A DNA stretch of 63,836 nucleotides from Candidatus Thorarchaeota archaeon (lineage in GTDB: Archaea > Asgardarchaeota > Thorarchaeia > Thorarchaeales > Thorarchaeaceae), in contig PRDI01000110.1 of NCBI GenBank assembly GCA_003345595.1, positions 1 to 63,836 on the forward strand. Direction: 5' to 3'. Position 1 is the stretch's first letter. Every line of letters starts with the position of its first letter. This document shows positions 29,761-38,926 of the stretch, piece after piece. The notes under the pieces are model-generated. The model saw only the letters and a program-made list of their open reading frames with translations. It searched no databases and had not been told where the DNA came from. Made by a program: the position numbers and the translations under genes.

Positions 29761-30012
29761 TTACTTGACCTCCACTTCCTCGGCGAAGAAACGACTGCCA
29801 TGATAATTGTAAGGTAACGCCTCAAGCCAATCGATACCATTCTCTGGTGTCTTAGCCTTGTTATCGAGACCTATGATTTCATCTGTCTTAAGCCGTGTCT
29901 TAAGCCCAGATTTCGATGTGACAATAACGACCTTCCCGTCGACCAGCTTAGCCGTCCCTACGATCTTGACCGTTCCGTCATCCTGGACGGACTTGAATTG
30001 TATCATTCTCAT
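29761..30012 (-). CDS. Small protein between the two kinases (possible immunity/partner)
   Basis: ATGA overlap with the upstream kinase; TPENGIDWLEALPYNYHGSRFFA. Confidence 0.6.
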   Translation of the reverse strand: MRMIQFKSVQDDGTVKIVGTAKLVDGKVVIVTSKSGLKTRLKTDEIIGLDNKAKTPENGIDWLEALPYNYHGSRFFAEEVEVK

Positions 30013-31961
30013 CTTACTCTCTCCAATGACGCCCAGTTAGGCGTCTCACGATTCAGGACCATAAATCCCTCCACCTCGTTATACTCAGGGAAGGCTCCAT
30101 GTTTTACTAGGTAATCCCATCTCTTCTCGAACAACTCAACAGCCTTCCCTCCGAGGTTGAACATCTGTATCGCTCCGATGATCCGCTTCTTCTTCTCCGG
30201 GGTTAGCAAGCCCTTGAGCTCGTCCGGCAGTTCGAGGCCGTGGCGTCTTTGGAGGATCTGGTGAGGTATGCACCTATATCCGTTCCACTCCCCAAAATTG
30301 ACTTTTTCGGGGAAGGCTAAGCCGTTGTCGATCGCATACACCTTTCCGGCGTTGTCAATCATCCAGTTCATGCCATGGCGATCAGTGTTGCAGATGAGCC
30401 AGTCCAGAAGGACTAGCTTCTGGTACTCAAGCGTGGGTACCTTATTCTGCATCGCCTCACTAGCCTCAGCCCAGACCTTGCCGTCGACGAAGTCCATCAT
30501 GGCACCTGGCTTGCCATCGACTTCTTTGACAACAACCGTGGGCACAACGCCAATATTTACAATCTGGTCGACTATATAGGTTAGGCGCTCCCTCTTCCAC
30601 TGCTCGCCAAGTGGGATATTCCCCTCTCTGAGGTCCATCTCACATTCGCCTTCGATGGGCTTGAAAATGGCCTTGGCCTCCTTGCCTTCCGGGGACTTGA
30701 TGTCCAGGACCCGGACGACGTTGACATGCCCATTGCTTACGTTCTTCTTCCCGACCACGTCTGACTGGGCAAGCGCGATCTCCTGCGGGGACTTCGGAGT
30801 GTCCCTATCGATGATCTCCTTGAGGAGCTTCTTGGCCGCGATGCTCTTCTCCTCGGCTTCTGCCTTGGCCTCGGCCTGGCGCTTGGCCTTGACAGGATCC
30901 TTCCGGATGGCTTCCATCATCCCCACCAGGGCCCTGGGGCCAGCTTTCATCCACTCTTTAACATTCTTGCGGTCGTCAGCATTCTTCGGGTCGAAAGGCC
31001 GCTCATCCCCCTTGACCTTTCGAGCCTCCTCCAACATATTCTCGACGAACAGCTTCCGGTTGGCAACGACCTGCTCGCCGTAGTCCATCTTGTCCCAGCT
31101 CTTAGGGACATTCCCCCTCTTGGCCCTCCCTACACTGGCCTCGTGCTTCTCCTTGACAGGATCCTTCCGGACGGCTTCCATTATGTTCACCAGAGCTGTG
31201 GAGCCGGCGTTCATCCATAGCTTAACATTCTTGTGGTCCTCGGCGTTCTTCGGATCGAAGGGCTTCCCACCCCACTTAGCTCTCCGGGCTTCCATCATCT
31301 GCTCGACGAACAGCTTCCGATTGGCGACGATCTGTTCGCCGTAGTCCATCTTGTCCCATCCTTCAGGGATGGCTTCTCTCTCAGCCTTCGCAGCACTAGC
31401 CTCTGCCCTAGCCTTGGCTTCCGCCTTGGCCTCATCTTTAACCTCGCGCTTCTGCTTGGCCTCATTCACGAGCACTGGCTTGACTTTCGGCTCAGGTGCT
31501 ACCAAACCGTGCTCGGCGGCCACTTTAACCATCATTGCCAGGTCCCAGCGAGACATCTTGCCCTTAATGTCTGCCGAGCCGAACATCGGGTGAGGGTTCT
31601 TGACGTTGATAGCGTGGGCGACGGCGGCTTTGAACGCTCCTGGATCTTCCTTGGCCCACTTCTCTAGGTGAACCTTAGCCCCAAGGTTTATCCTCGGCTT
31701 CTTGACAGCCCCACCAGCAACTACATTAGCCTTCTGTCCTCCACCCTGCGCTGAGGGCATGACTACCGGTAAACCTTTCGTCTTGGCCTCATCCACGACC
31801 TGCTTGGCCTTGGCCCCGCCCTGCTTACCGACATACTCCCATCCCTTCGCTCCTCCTACTTTGCGGAACCACTCGCCGTTTTTGTACATACGAACAGCCC
31901 CCATCGGGAGGCCTTTGGCTTTGACGAGATCAGCGTACTGGGACGGCTTGACGAACTTCAC
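30009..31961 (-). CDS. Head protein: N-terminal targeting module, two ~75-aa repeats, HipA/PI3-4-kinase-like domain
   Basis: AIFKP, RERLTY, VVPTVV, LDWLICNTDRHGMNWM, AIDNGLAFP. Confidence 0.78.
   Translation of the reverse strand: MKFVKPSQYADLVKAKGLPMGAVRMYKNGEWFRKVGGAKGWEYVGKQGGAKAKQVVDEAKTKGLPVVMPSAQGGGQKANVVAGGAVKKPRINLGAKVHLEKWAKEDPGAFKAAVAHAINVKNPHPMFGSADIKGKMSRWDLAMMVKVAAEHGLVAPEPKVKPVLVNEAKQKREVKDEAKAEAKARAEASAAKAEREAIPEGWDKMDYGEQIVANRKLFVEQMMEARRAKWGGKPFDPKNAEDHKNVKLWMNAGSTALVNIMEAVRKDPVKEKHEASVGRAKRGNVPKSWDKMDYGEQVVANRKLFVENMLEEARKVKGDERPFDPKNADDRKNVKEWMKAGPRALVGMMEAIRKDPVKAKRQAEAKAEAEEKSIAAKKLLKEIIDRDTPKSPQEIALAQSDVVGKKNVSNGHVNVVRVLDIKSPEGKEAKAIFKPIEGECEMDLREGNIPLGEQWKRERLTYIVDQIVNIGVVPTVVVKEVDGKPGAMMDFVDGKVWAEASEAMQNKVPTLEYQKLVLLDWLICNTDRHGMNWMIDNAGKVYAIDNGLAFPEKVNFGEWNGYRCIPHQILQRRHGLELPDELKGLLTPEKKKRIIGAIQMFNLGGKAVELFEKRWDYLVKHGAFPEYNEVEGFMVLNRETPNWASLERVR
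30887..31370 (-). repeat. Intragenic tandem duplication (WDKMDYGEQxVANRKLFVE...PFDPKNA...RKDPVK)
   Basis: Two copies at about 31151-31370 and 30887-31110. Confidence 0.9.
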
Positions 31962-31973
31962 GATCTTCTGCTC

Positions 31974-33029
31974 TTACTTGCCTTTCTTGCTGGTCCAGGC
32001 GTGGACACGGTAACCGTAGCCGTGGTGAGGGATGTAGTCCTCCTCGGTACTGACATGTGCCTCAGGATACTTCTCGTGGAGCTGCTTGACAACAGCATCC
32101 ACTTCCTCCCACGAGAGCGGACGGGTCTGCGAACCAACCGTCTTAAGGATGGTCGAGCCTTTGGGAATGGTGTACCCTAGCGACTGCTTCGTCTCGTCAG
32201 GATTCCCTTGGTAGTGCTCGTGCTTGACGTACTTTTCGTACTTCGAGACCCTGCCTCCACCGCCACCTTTGCCATCCGCGTAGGTATACTTGTAATGACC
32301 TGGCCCACCCTCCCTCTTAATATACCGAGCTTTCTGAAGATCCTCGAATGCCATGTACTCGTGATCGAGTTTCCCGATCATCCCCGCCTTGTAGAGTGGG
32401 CGAAGGAACTTGCGGTCTGGCTCGGACTTCTGGAGGTCCATTGTGATCCTGATTAGACCGCTGATAGCCTCCTGGATCTTCCACGTCGTGTCGTCGTCCA
32501 TAGTCTTCAAGCCCTTCAGCTTGTCCAGAGCTGCGAAGACTATCGTCTTGATCTCTCCGTCAGGCATGACAGCCAGGCTTGTCTTAAGCATCTCGATCTT
32601 GGCCGCCACTTCGTCGTCAGTGAGCATAACAGCCATGTTCTTCAGCGTGTACAAGGCACTGTTGACTACCGAGGCGTAGCAGATCTTCTTCGGCGTGATA
32701 ACCGTGGCTAGCGCCTCACCTCCTTTAATCAACTCGACGAGCTCCCCGGCATTCATCTTGGACTTGAGGAACGCTAGGTCAGAAGGCTCCATGGCCTTCT
32801 TGTACGAGATGCCAGCCTCAGAGGCAGCGATAGCTAAGGCCTGCTGCCTGTCTTTAACGATCTCGCCCGAACCAGAATGGAGCGTGCCGGCTTTGAACTC
32901 CCTCATGACTTTCTCGAACTTCGCGTCCTTGGCCTTCTTGGTCTTGGGCTTTGCCGGGCCCCCTGTGGCTGCCTTATTCAGTTTCATCGGGATCATCTCA
33001 TCTTCCTCCTTCTCGGTGTTCTTCCCCAA
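31974..33029 (-). CDS. Putative internal head protein with DUF6496-like domain
   Basis: KVMREFKAGTLHSGSG..RQQALAIAASEAG; LQKARYIKREGGPGHYKYTY. Confidence 0.65.
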   Translation of the reverse strand: MGKNTEKEEDEMIPMKLNKAATGGPAKPKTKKAKDAKFEKVMREFKAGTLHSGSGEIVKDRQQALAIAASEAGISYKKAMEPSDLAFLKSKMNAGELVELIKGGEALATVITPKKICYASVVNSALYTLKNMAVMLTDDEVAAKIEMLKTSLAVMPDGEIKTIVFAALDKLKGLKTMDDDTTWKIQEAISGLIRITMDLQKSEPDRKFLRPLYKAGMIGKLDHEYMAFEDLQKARYIKREGGPGHYKYTYADGKGGGGGRVSKYEKYVKHEHYQGNPDETKQSLGYTIPKGSTILKTVGSQTRPLSWEEVDAVVKQLHEKYPEAHVSTEEDYIPHHGYGYRVHAWTSKKGK

Positions 33030-33066
33030 CCAACTTCTAATACAAGGTGATTTCTTTTCAACCTTG

Positions 33067-33237
33067 TTACATATCGAAATCTGGGTCAGTCTCAGACGTC
33101 TCTACATCAGTATGTACACGTGACTTGAACAGAGGTGTACAATCACTTACGGGTTTCTGGTCGCTCTTGATTAGATCTTTAAGTGCGCCTAGTGGTGCAG
33201 TGAAGTCCTCCCTAGTCTCTTCTACTGGTTCAAGCAT
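33067..33237 (-). CDS. 56-aa acidic peptide with LIKS and LFKS motifs (not in ORF track)
   Basis: AGGAG RBS; MLEPVEETREDFTAPLGALKDLIKSDQKPVSDCTPLFKS... Confidence 0.45.
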   Translation of the reverse strand: MLEPVEETREDFTAPLGALKDLIKSDQKPVSDCTPLFKSRVHTDVETSETDPDFDM

Positions 33238-33333
33238 GTTCTTCTCCTATACTAAGGCGTGGGAATGATGAGTTTACTGCATTCGTGCCTGTTTGAGTCA
33301 CCAGGACTTTCTGCTTTTTCGTCTTCAAGCACC

Positions 33334-34926
33334 TCATCGGATGATCTCTCTCTCTCGCGTACGTCCAGCAAACTTCTTACGCCATGTACTCCAATCGTCG
33401 GACTGCGACTTGGCTACTTCTTCTTCCTGCTCGGCTTGACCCTCTTCACCTTCAGGACTTTCCTCTTCTTCCTGCTCGACACCACCTTCGCTGCTTCCAG
33501 ACTCCTGCTCACCGAACATCTCATTACCAAACATGTTTTGCTGGGCTTCCTGCGCTTCTTTCTGTGCCGCAGCATTCTTCTCAGACATAACCATCTGCAC
33601 GACCAGGGGGTTAAGGATAATGTTCGCCCAATCTTCCTTCCGCTCCTCCTTACCCTCTTTCTTGAGGATGTCGTTAATCGTTAGATCAGTTTGAAGACGA
33701 GCTTGCATGATCTGCGTTAACTTCATCTGATCTTTTACTTCCTGACCAGAAAAAGCAAAACGATATTTCTTGCCCCAACACGTTTTGCGCATGATCTTGT
33801 TCATGTGCTGAGAGATAAACATGAGGAGGCTATCTAGACCACGATCTTTCGATGCCTCAATCCTCGGCCCAATCTCATTAGCCCCAATAACAGACGTACT
33901 ATCCTCGGCTTTGATCCCTAACTCAGCCATGTCAATGGCAAAAACGGCGCAGATAATCGAACTTAGAAACATCATCCCCCGATGATACTCCATCTCCTTG
34001 TTACTCGTACCAATCGCCTTGAAATCGAGGCCAACTCCATCCTTACCCGATGGAAGAATTGGCAATGCCCACTGACCCCCAGCACCTGACATTGCCGAAT
34101 ACCAATACTGCTGAATAGCCGTAACTCCTTTTGAGTCGATGTCTCCCATCACAGAAATAAATCCACGAGGTATCTTGTCCCTGACAAACTGATCGCGGAG
34201 ATGATTGTAACCGAAGAGCAAAGTGGTAATGAGATCGATTGCCATTTCTGCGTCGGAGTAGCCATATCCCCGGAACCTGATGTCTACTCGCTTGTTTTTG
34301 TAATCGAATATCAAGTTGTTGTCATTAAACTCCTCAATCAACTTGTCGTCAATCACCTGGACAAATCTAATATCCTTCTTCGGATAGTCCTCCGACGTCC
34401 TTTTCAACGTAGCCCCATCTAACAAACGAAAGGCAGCAACATCGCCGCCTAGATTATACTGTAGTTCAGTCCCAATCTGGTCAATCGTTCCTATCTCGCG
34501 GACGAGCATCTGCAAGTAGTCACTAAAATCATCTTCTCTTTCGGACGAGTAAACAACCCCAGTCTGCTCGATAAACTCCCTAATCTGCTTTACTTCCTCA
34601 TCATCCACATTCTCGTCAACAATAGGAACAACCCGAAAGCCCTTCTCCCCATCTTTAACCCTATCTTCTGACACGTAGACAGAGAAAGGAAGAACTTGAT
34701 TTATCCGGGTCTTTACAATGGCATTTAACAGAGGAACGCGGTCTACAACGTTCCTGACCACAGCATAGTCAACTTTAAGCAAACGTTCGCGAATACCCCG
34801 CATTCCTCCCCTAAGCATCCAATTAACTACAGAGGGGTCAAGGATGTCACTTTCTAATTTCTTTAACTTGGCTTCGACATCAACGAGTTCTCGATGTTGT
34901 TTTTTTGCGTGTGAATTTTTTCTCAT
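33334..34926 (-). CDS. Portal protein
   Basis: AIVKTRINQV, LDGATL, GYGYSDAE, SNKEMEY, ICAVFAIDMAELG, ASKDRGL, TINDI. Confidence 0.9.
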   Translation of the reverse strand: MRKNSHAKKQHRELVDVEAKLKKLESDILDPSVVNWMLRGGMRGIRERLLKVDYAVVRNVVDRVPLLNAIVKTRINQVLPFSVYVSEDRVKDGEKGFRVVPIVDENVDDEEVKQIREFIEQTGVVYSSEREDDFSDYLQMLVREIGTIDQIGTELQYNLGGDVAAFRLLDGATLKRTSEDYPKKDIRFVQVIDDKLIEEFNDNNLIFDYKNKRVDIRFRGYGYSDAEMAIDLITTLLFGYNHLRDQFVRDKIPRGFISVMGDIDSKGVTAIQQYWYSAMSGAGGQWALPILPSGKDGVGLDFKAIGTSNKEMEYHRGMMFLSSIICAVFAIDMAELGIKAEDSTSVIGANEIGPRIEASKDRGLDSLLMFISQHMNKIMRKTCWGKKYRFAFSGQEVKDQMKLTQIMQARLQTDLTINDILKKEGKEERKEDWANIILNPLVVQMVMSEKNAAAQKEAQEAQQNMFGNEMFGEQESGSSEGGVEQEEEESPEGEEGQAEQEEEVAKSQSDDWSTWRKKFAGRTREREIIR

Positions 34927-34983
34927 GCTAATACCCTCCTATACAATCAAGGCTCTCATTTTTGTGGAAGGCGCTTAACTACA

Positions 34984-35012
34984 AGTATATACCAAACTCG
35001 TTAGAATGTCAA
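34984..35012 (-). promoter_or_regulatory. Sigma70-like promoter TTGACA-N17-TATACT upstream of portal
   Basis: Perfect -35, 17-bp spacer; CCAAACT/AGTTTGG inverted repeat flanks the -35. Confidence 0.8.
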
Positions 35013-35026
35013 CAATTAGTTTGGAT

Positions 35027-35245
35027 TTAAGTTCTTTTTTGGTGGTCGCTCGAAGTTCTTTTCTGCGAATATTTCTTACCACAAGAAAAGCATTTCCACA
35101 GTCCTTGCCCGTTCGTAAAAAGTTCTTGACCGCAGCTACATCGAGCGCAGGTACGAAAATAGTGGGCCGTACTATAATCATGTAGCAAAGGAAAGAGTGA
35201 CCACAGATCTCTCGTAGCACCGCCCATCTCACAAATACTTCGCAT
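35027..35245 (-). CDS. Small zinc-finger protein
   Basis: CSCG...CFSCGKK; GGGAGG RBS. Confidence 0.5.
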   Translation of the reverse strand: MRSICEMGGATRDLWSLFPLLHDYSTAHYFRTCARCSCGQELFTNGQGLWKCFSCGKKYSQKRTSSDHQKRT

Positions 35246-35386
35246 TTGACCCTTCCTCCCTTCTAACTAGACAGCCTCCAATCCTGCACCGTGTCATATC
35301 AAAAGTCATTTTCTCCTCCTACTCAATCCTTACAAATAATTCCAAGCCACTAACGCTTGGATCGTCTCTTCGACACATATAAAGTT

Positions 35387-35647
35387 TTATAAGTGCATAA
35401 GCACTCGGAGACACATTGCTCCAGTTTGTGCCAACTCTTTCTTTAGATGCTCAATATCGCCGTTTGCATAAGTATAATCAAGTACGGCTTGCATCGATTC
35501 TCCTGCTTCTTCGACCATTATTGCGACGGCGTGTATTTTATCCTCTGGCCATTCAGGATGCTTTTTCTCTGCGGCCGCGAGTTCATCGAAGATCGAATCA
35601 ATAATTGATCCCACTTTTGCATTACTCATATAGATTCGGTTGTACAT
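35387..35647 (-). CDS. MazG-like nucleotide pyrophosphohydrolase domain protein
   Basis: EEAGE...KELAQTGAM. Confidence 0.6.
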   Translation of the reverse strand: MYNRIYMSNAKVGSIIDSIFDELAAAEKKHPEWPEDKIHAVAIMVEEAGESMQAVLDYTYANGDIEHLKKELAQTGAMCLRVLMHL

Positions 35648-35648
35648 C

Positions 35649-36014
35649 TTACACCTCCCCCCAACCCTCAAACCAAAGGTCCTCAATATCAGAAGCCTTA
35701 ATATTCGCCCTAACATACAAATACTTCCCTGAACAAATAGCTTCTCGTAGCTTCTCCGGTAAATCGCGCAAAGGCAAGATGATTTTTCTATCCTTATACC
35801 GTCCTGGAATGATGAATGAGAAATTCGCCGCCTGTTTATTAACTTCTATAACGTAGACACATATCCTATACAAACGCTTTGGACCTTCGTCATAATCGAA
35901 AGGGACAAGTCGATCACAATCAACATTCAATTTCTTCATCGCATCTCGAACCATCCAGACAACAACTACGGCAACAAAGACCAAAACAAAAATCACTCCA
36001 AAGTTCCTAAGCAT
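35649..36014 (-). CDS. Hypothetical membrane-anchored protein
   Basis: N-terminal hydrophobic segment; GGAGGAGG RBS. Confidence 0.55.
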   Translation of the reverse strand: MLRNFGVIFVLVFVAVVVVWMVRDAMKKLNVDCDRLVPFDYDEGPKRLYRICVYVIEVNKQAANFSFIIPGRYKDRKIILPLRDLPEKLREAICSGKYLYVRANIKASDIEDLWFEGWGEV

Positions 36015-36098
36015 AGCACCCTCCTCCCTCTAAGACTCAGTTGATATCACTTTCTTAAATGTGAAGCATAGCACCCTTCGATAACTTCCATAATAAAA

Positions 36099-37889
36099 CT
36101 ACAACTTTCTCAAAGAGTCCAAAAATTGCTCAGGTGACTGCTGGGCCAGAGTGTTCAACTCAGCCTGAGACATTGCTTGCCCCCCACCTATCGGTGTCAC
36201 AATCGCCTGCTGCGTGGGAGCTGCACCTTGCGCTGCCACCTGCGCGTAATAATCCAAGACTGATTCACTGGGGAGGAGTCTGCTTGCCTGGTTGCAATAC
36301 GTCTCAGCGAGCATAAAGTGGTCCGGCGAGTTCTCCTCCCACGAATAGTAGGACTTCTCAGGGTTGTTCTCGTTCACAACCAGGACACGCGTTGAAGCCT
36401 GCATCTGCGACCAGTATCGACCCCCAACTAAGACCTCCGATCCTTCTGGGTTCATCAAAGCATGCGCCTCGATCGCTGCTTTCAAGCTGTCGATAGCTGC
36501 CGTCCGGTCCTCATTCAGGACTCTGTCTTCTCGATTGATGCGAAACTCAAGCAGGGCGTGCTGGAAACGGGAGGAGAAAATATTCTTGAACTCCCCCTTC
36601 AAAGAAGCGATGTTGTGAATCTCGGGGTCAGCGTCGATAACGCATACTCGAGGATTCCACTCCCTAATCATGTCCTTGAGCAAGGTGAAGCTGGGAAGCT
36701 CCGTAGCCAAGACCAGACGACGGTTCAAAATCCCATGCTCATCTCTGATCCTCTCGCGTATCACCACGGTCAGCACATCGCCGACGTCCACGCCCATGAA
36801 CAACGGCCCGTGAACGGTGGTTCGATCAACTGGATATTGGTAAGGGATCTGGATGCCAGTGAGTAGACCGGAGGAGAACTTCGCACCTTCCGACGTGTAA
36901 GGAAGACCTAGGCGGGAATTGTAAAAGAACTCCTTCTTCAAAGGGTTCAGGAAGGACTCATCCCACACAGTAACAAGTTCTCGCATCGTCACCGTCGGGC
37001 TGACCGTCGGGGCGACGATCCGTCCTACCCACTCCCGCCCTGGATACTCCTCAACATACTCCCCCTTAGAAAAGCGATTGACTGGTCGGTTGCACTTCGG
37101 GCAAATCACTCGGGGCTCGTCAAACTCCCCGCACTTCTCGTCTCGGGGGATCCACTTCCTCTCCTCTACCTGCTTCATCACTGCCTCGAAGAAGCCGGGA
37201 AAGAAGCGATAATTGCAACCTTCACACTTGATCATCCAGTAGCCTTTCGTGCTCGTCTGGATCCGCCCATCAATACCCCTCCCCTCGATAGTTGGCGTCG
37301 AAATCTCCCGATGGAACTTATGTGGGCTGGCGGAATAGCGGTCTGGCAAAAGCAGAAGATTTCGCTGATTGCATCTATCTTTCTCGTCAACGAAGGCTGA
37401 GTCCACTGGAACCTCAACAAACTCATCTTCCACGTTAGAGCCGACATACAAGAGTTGCCCCTTACCAAACTGCTTCAGAGCAACTCGACTGGTTCCGGCT
37501 GCATCACTCATCATCCTTCCATAAGCTGGAACCCTGCGAATAACTGTATCCACGCGCGAGTTGACAAATCGATCTCGGCCTTTGTACTTCGGCAAGACGT
37601 ACATGACGATATATCCGAGTTCTGCTGCTTCGTAGAACGAGCCGACGATAAACAACTCAGATAAGCCATGCTGGACAGGTTTCATCACTGCTAACTTATG
37701 AAACTTGAGGAAATCGCGATACAAAGAAGCTAAATACCATCGATCTTTGAAAGACATCCGATCACCGCGAATGTTTCTATGATAATTTGTTGCCCAGTAC
37801 AATATTGGAGCTTTATCTTTCAAAAGCTCTTTCAAATCCACATCTTTCAAAGTAATTTGCTCAGCTAAATGTTGTACTTCATCCGGCAT
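36099..37889 (-). CDS. Terminase large subunit (gpA-like)
   Basis: MKPVQHGLSE (Walker A variant), FVDEKDR, ISTPT, CEGC/CPKC, MGVDVG, PDHF. Confidence 0.9.
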   Translation of the reverse strand: MPDEVQHLAEQITLKDVDLKELLKDKAPILYWATNYHRNIRGDRMSFKDRWYLASLYRDFLKFHKLAVMKPVQHGLSELFIVGSFYEAAELGYIVMYVLPKYKGRDRFVNSRVDTVIRRVPAYGRMMSDAAGTSRVALKQFGKGQLLYVGSNVEDEFVEVPVDSAFVDEKDRCNQRNLLLLPDRYSASPHKFHREISTPTIEGRGIDGRIQTSTKGYWMIKCEGCNYRFFPGFFEAVMKQVEERKWIPRDEKCGEFDEPRVICPKCNRPVNRFSKGEYVEEYPGREWVGRIVAPTVSPTVTMRELVTVWDESFLNPLKKEFFYNSRLGLPYTSEGAKFSSGLLTGIQIPYQYPVDRTTVHGPLFMGVDVGDVLTVVIRERIRDEHGILNRRLVLATELPSFTLLKDMIREWNPRVCVIDADPEIHNIASLKGEFKNIFSSRFQHALLEFRINREDRVLNEDRTAAIDSLKAAIEAHALMNPEGSEVLVGGRYWSQMQASTRVLVVNENNPEKSYYSWEENSPDHFMLAETYCNQASRLLPSESVLDYYAQVAAQGAAPTQQAIVTPIGGGQAMSQAELNTLAQQSPEQFLDSLRKL

Positions 37890-38103
37890 CTTCTACTCCT
37901 GCGAGGCACTCCCCAATAATCATGGAGTTACTTCTAAGTTCTCCCGAGTTACATTGGCTATCGGGAAAAACAGATCCAATCCCTACCTTAAATCGGCCTC
38001 TCCCAAATTCATCAAATCCAATAAAACGGCAAGGGCCGATAAGATCAAACGGATGATACCAGGTGTAATCATAGGGATTTATTCTCACCGAATTACTAAT
38101 CAC
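37879..38103 (-). CDS. Hypothetical protein
   Basis: AAGGAG RBS; AT-rich island. Confidence 0.5.
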   Translation of the reverse strand: MISNSVRINPYDYTWYHPFDLIGPCRFIGFDEFGRGRFKVGIGSVFPDSQCNSGELRSNSMIIGECLAGVEDAG

Positions 38104-38211
38104 AATTTACTCCTTTGCATTTCTCGTCGATACATTCTCAGCCTGACCCCCAATCAAATGCACAACTGTCTCCATGTGAGGCCATTGGTTTTCATACAAT
38201 CTTTCTCCTCT

Positions 38212-38275
38212 CGCAGATTATCTGTATACCTGACAACCGGCCTTTGTGGTTGTCAGGTCAAACTCGTTGTCAAAT
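38212..38275 (-). mobile_element. attC-like site C (degenerate R')
   Basis: ATTTGAC directly after the stop codon; 11-bp stem ACCTGACAACC/GGTTGTCAGGT shares its core with site B. Confidence 0.4.
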
Positions 38276-38653
38276 TCATATCCTTTTCATGTGATATAAT
38301 TTAACTTCTTTTGCATCAGCAGTAGTCAACCCGTCTACCCCTACAAGCCTATCTATACAATCTGGAATTGTCATCCCTGTTTCATTACAGATTATTTCTA
38401 CTGCATCTGCGATATGGACAATTCTAATTAATTTCTTTACGTGCATACATCCTCCACAATCCGAAGTCTTAGTAACAAGCGAAGTAGTTGTTCTACGCCC
38501 CGGCGCATTAATACATGTAAACCATGAGGCTTTCCAGATATTCCAAAACTGCCCCATACGGATAGTGTCGGAGAGTGGGTTCATACCAACACTTCGCATA
38601 TATTTTTCAAATGCTTCAATACATTCTTTTTCAATTTCAATCCCATCTTCCAT
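38276..38653 (-). CDS. Hypothetical protein (cassette-like)
   Basis: MEDGIEIE start with GAGG RBS; bounded by attC-like sites. Confidence 0.6.
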   Translation of the reverse strand: MEDGIEIEKECIEAFEKYMRSVGMNPLSDTIRMGQFWNIWKASWFTCINAPGRRTTTSLVTKTSDCGGCMHVKKLIRIVHIADAVEIICNETGMTIPDCIDRLVGVDGLTTADAKEVKLYHMKRI

Positions 38654-38673
38654 AACAACCTCTACCCAGGCCC

Positions 38674-38734
38674 ATATAACATTTAGATAACCTGACAACG
38701 CGCAAGCATTGTCAGATTGATTCAGTTGTTAGAC
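38674..38734 (-). mobile_element. attC-like site B (61 bp)
   Basis: GTCTAAC-AACTG-AATCAATC...GGTTATC-TAAAT-GTTATAT; extra C at position 4 of L''; the upstream gene's TAA lies inside R''. Confidence 0.6.
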
Positions 38735-38893
38735 TCTCTTTACCTGCGAAACTCTCTCAAGTTCTTTGTCAGTACAATCCAACATAAGCTTTTTACCAAG
38801 TCGGCGAAGGGCTTTTGGTGCGCGTTCAGCGCCATTGGAGATAGACCGTACTCCATTCGGATTCGACTGTGACTTGCTCTTTCCGTGTGCCAT
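38729..38893 (-). CDS. 54-aa basic protein (cassette-like, not in ORF track)
   Basis: AAGGAG RBS; MAHGKSKSQSNPNG...VSQVKRV; stop inside the attC-like R''. Confidence 0.55.
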   Translation of the reverse strand: MAHGKSKSQSNPNGVRSISNGAERAPKALRRLGKKLMLDCTDKELERVSQVKRV

Positions 38894-38926
38894 ATTTCTC
38901 TCCTTGCAAATTATCCGCCGTGATTG

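Noticed and set aside
33231-33357. (GA)6 tract at the portal 3' end as a slippage switch extending the portal
   Set aside because: The tract is short and encodes RERE; there is no evidence for variation, and a small ATGA-coupled ORF explains the gap equally well
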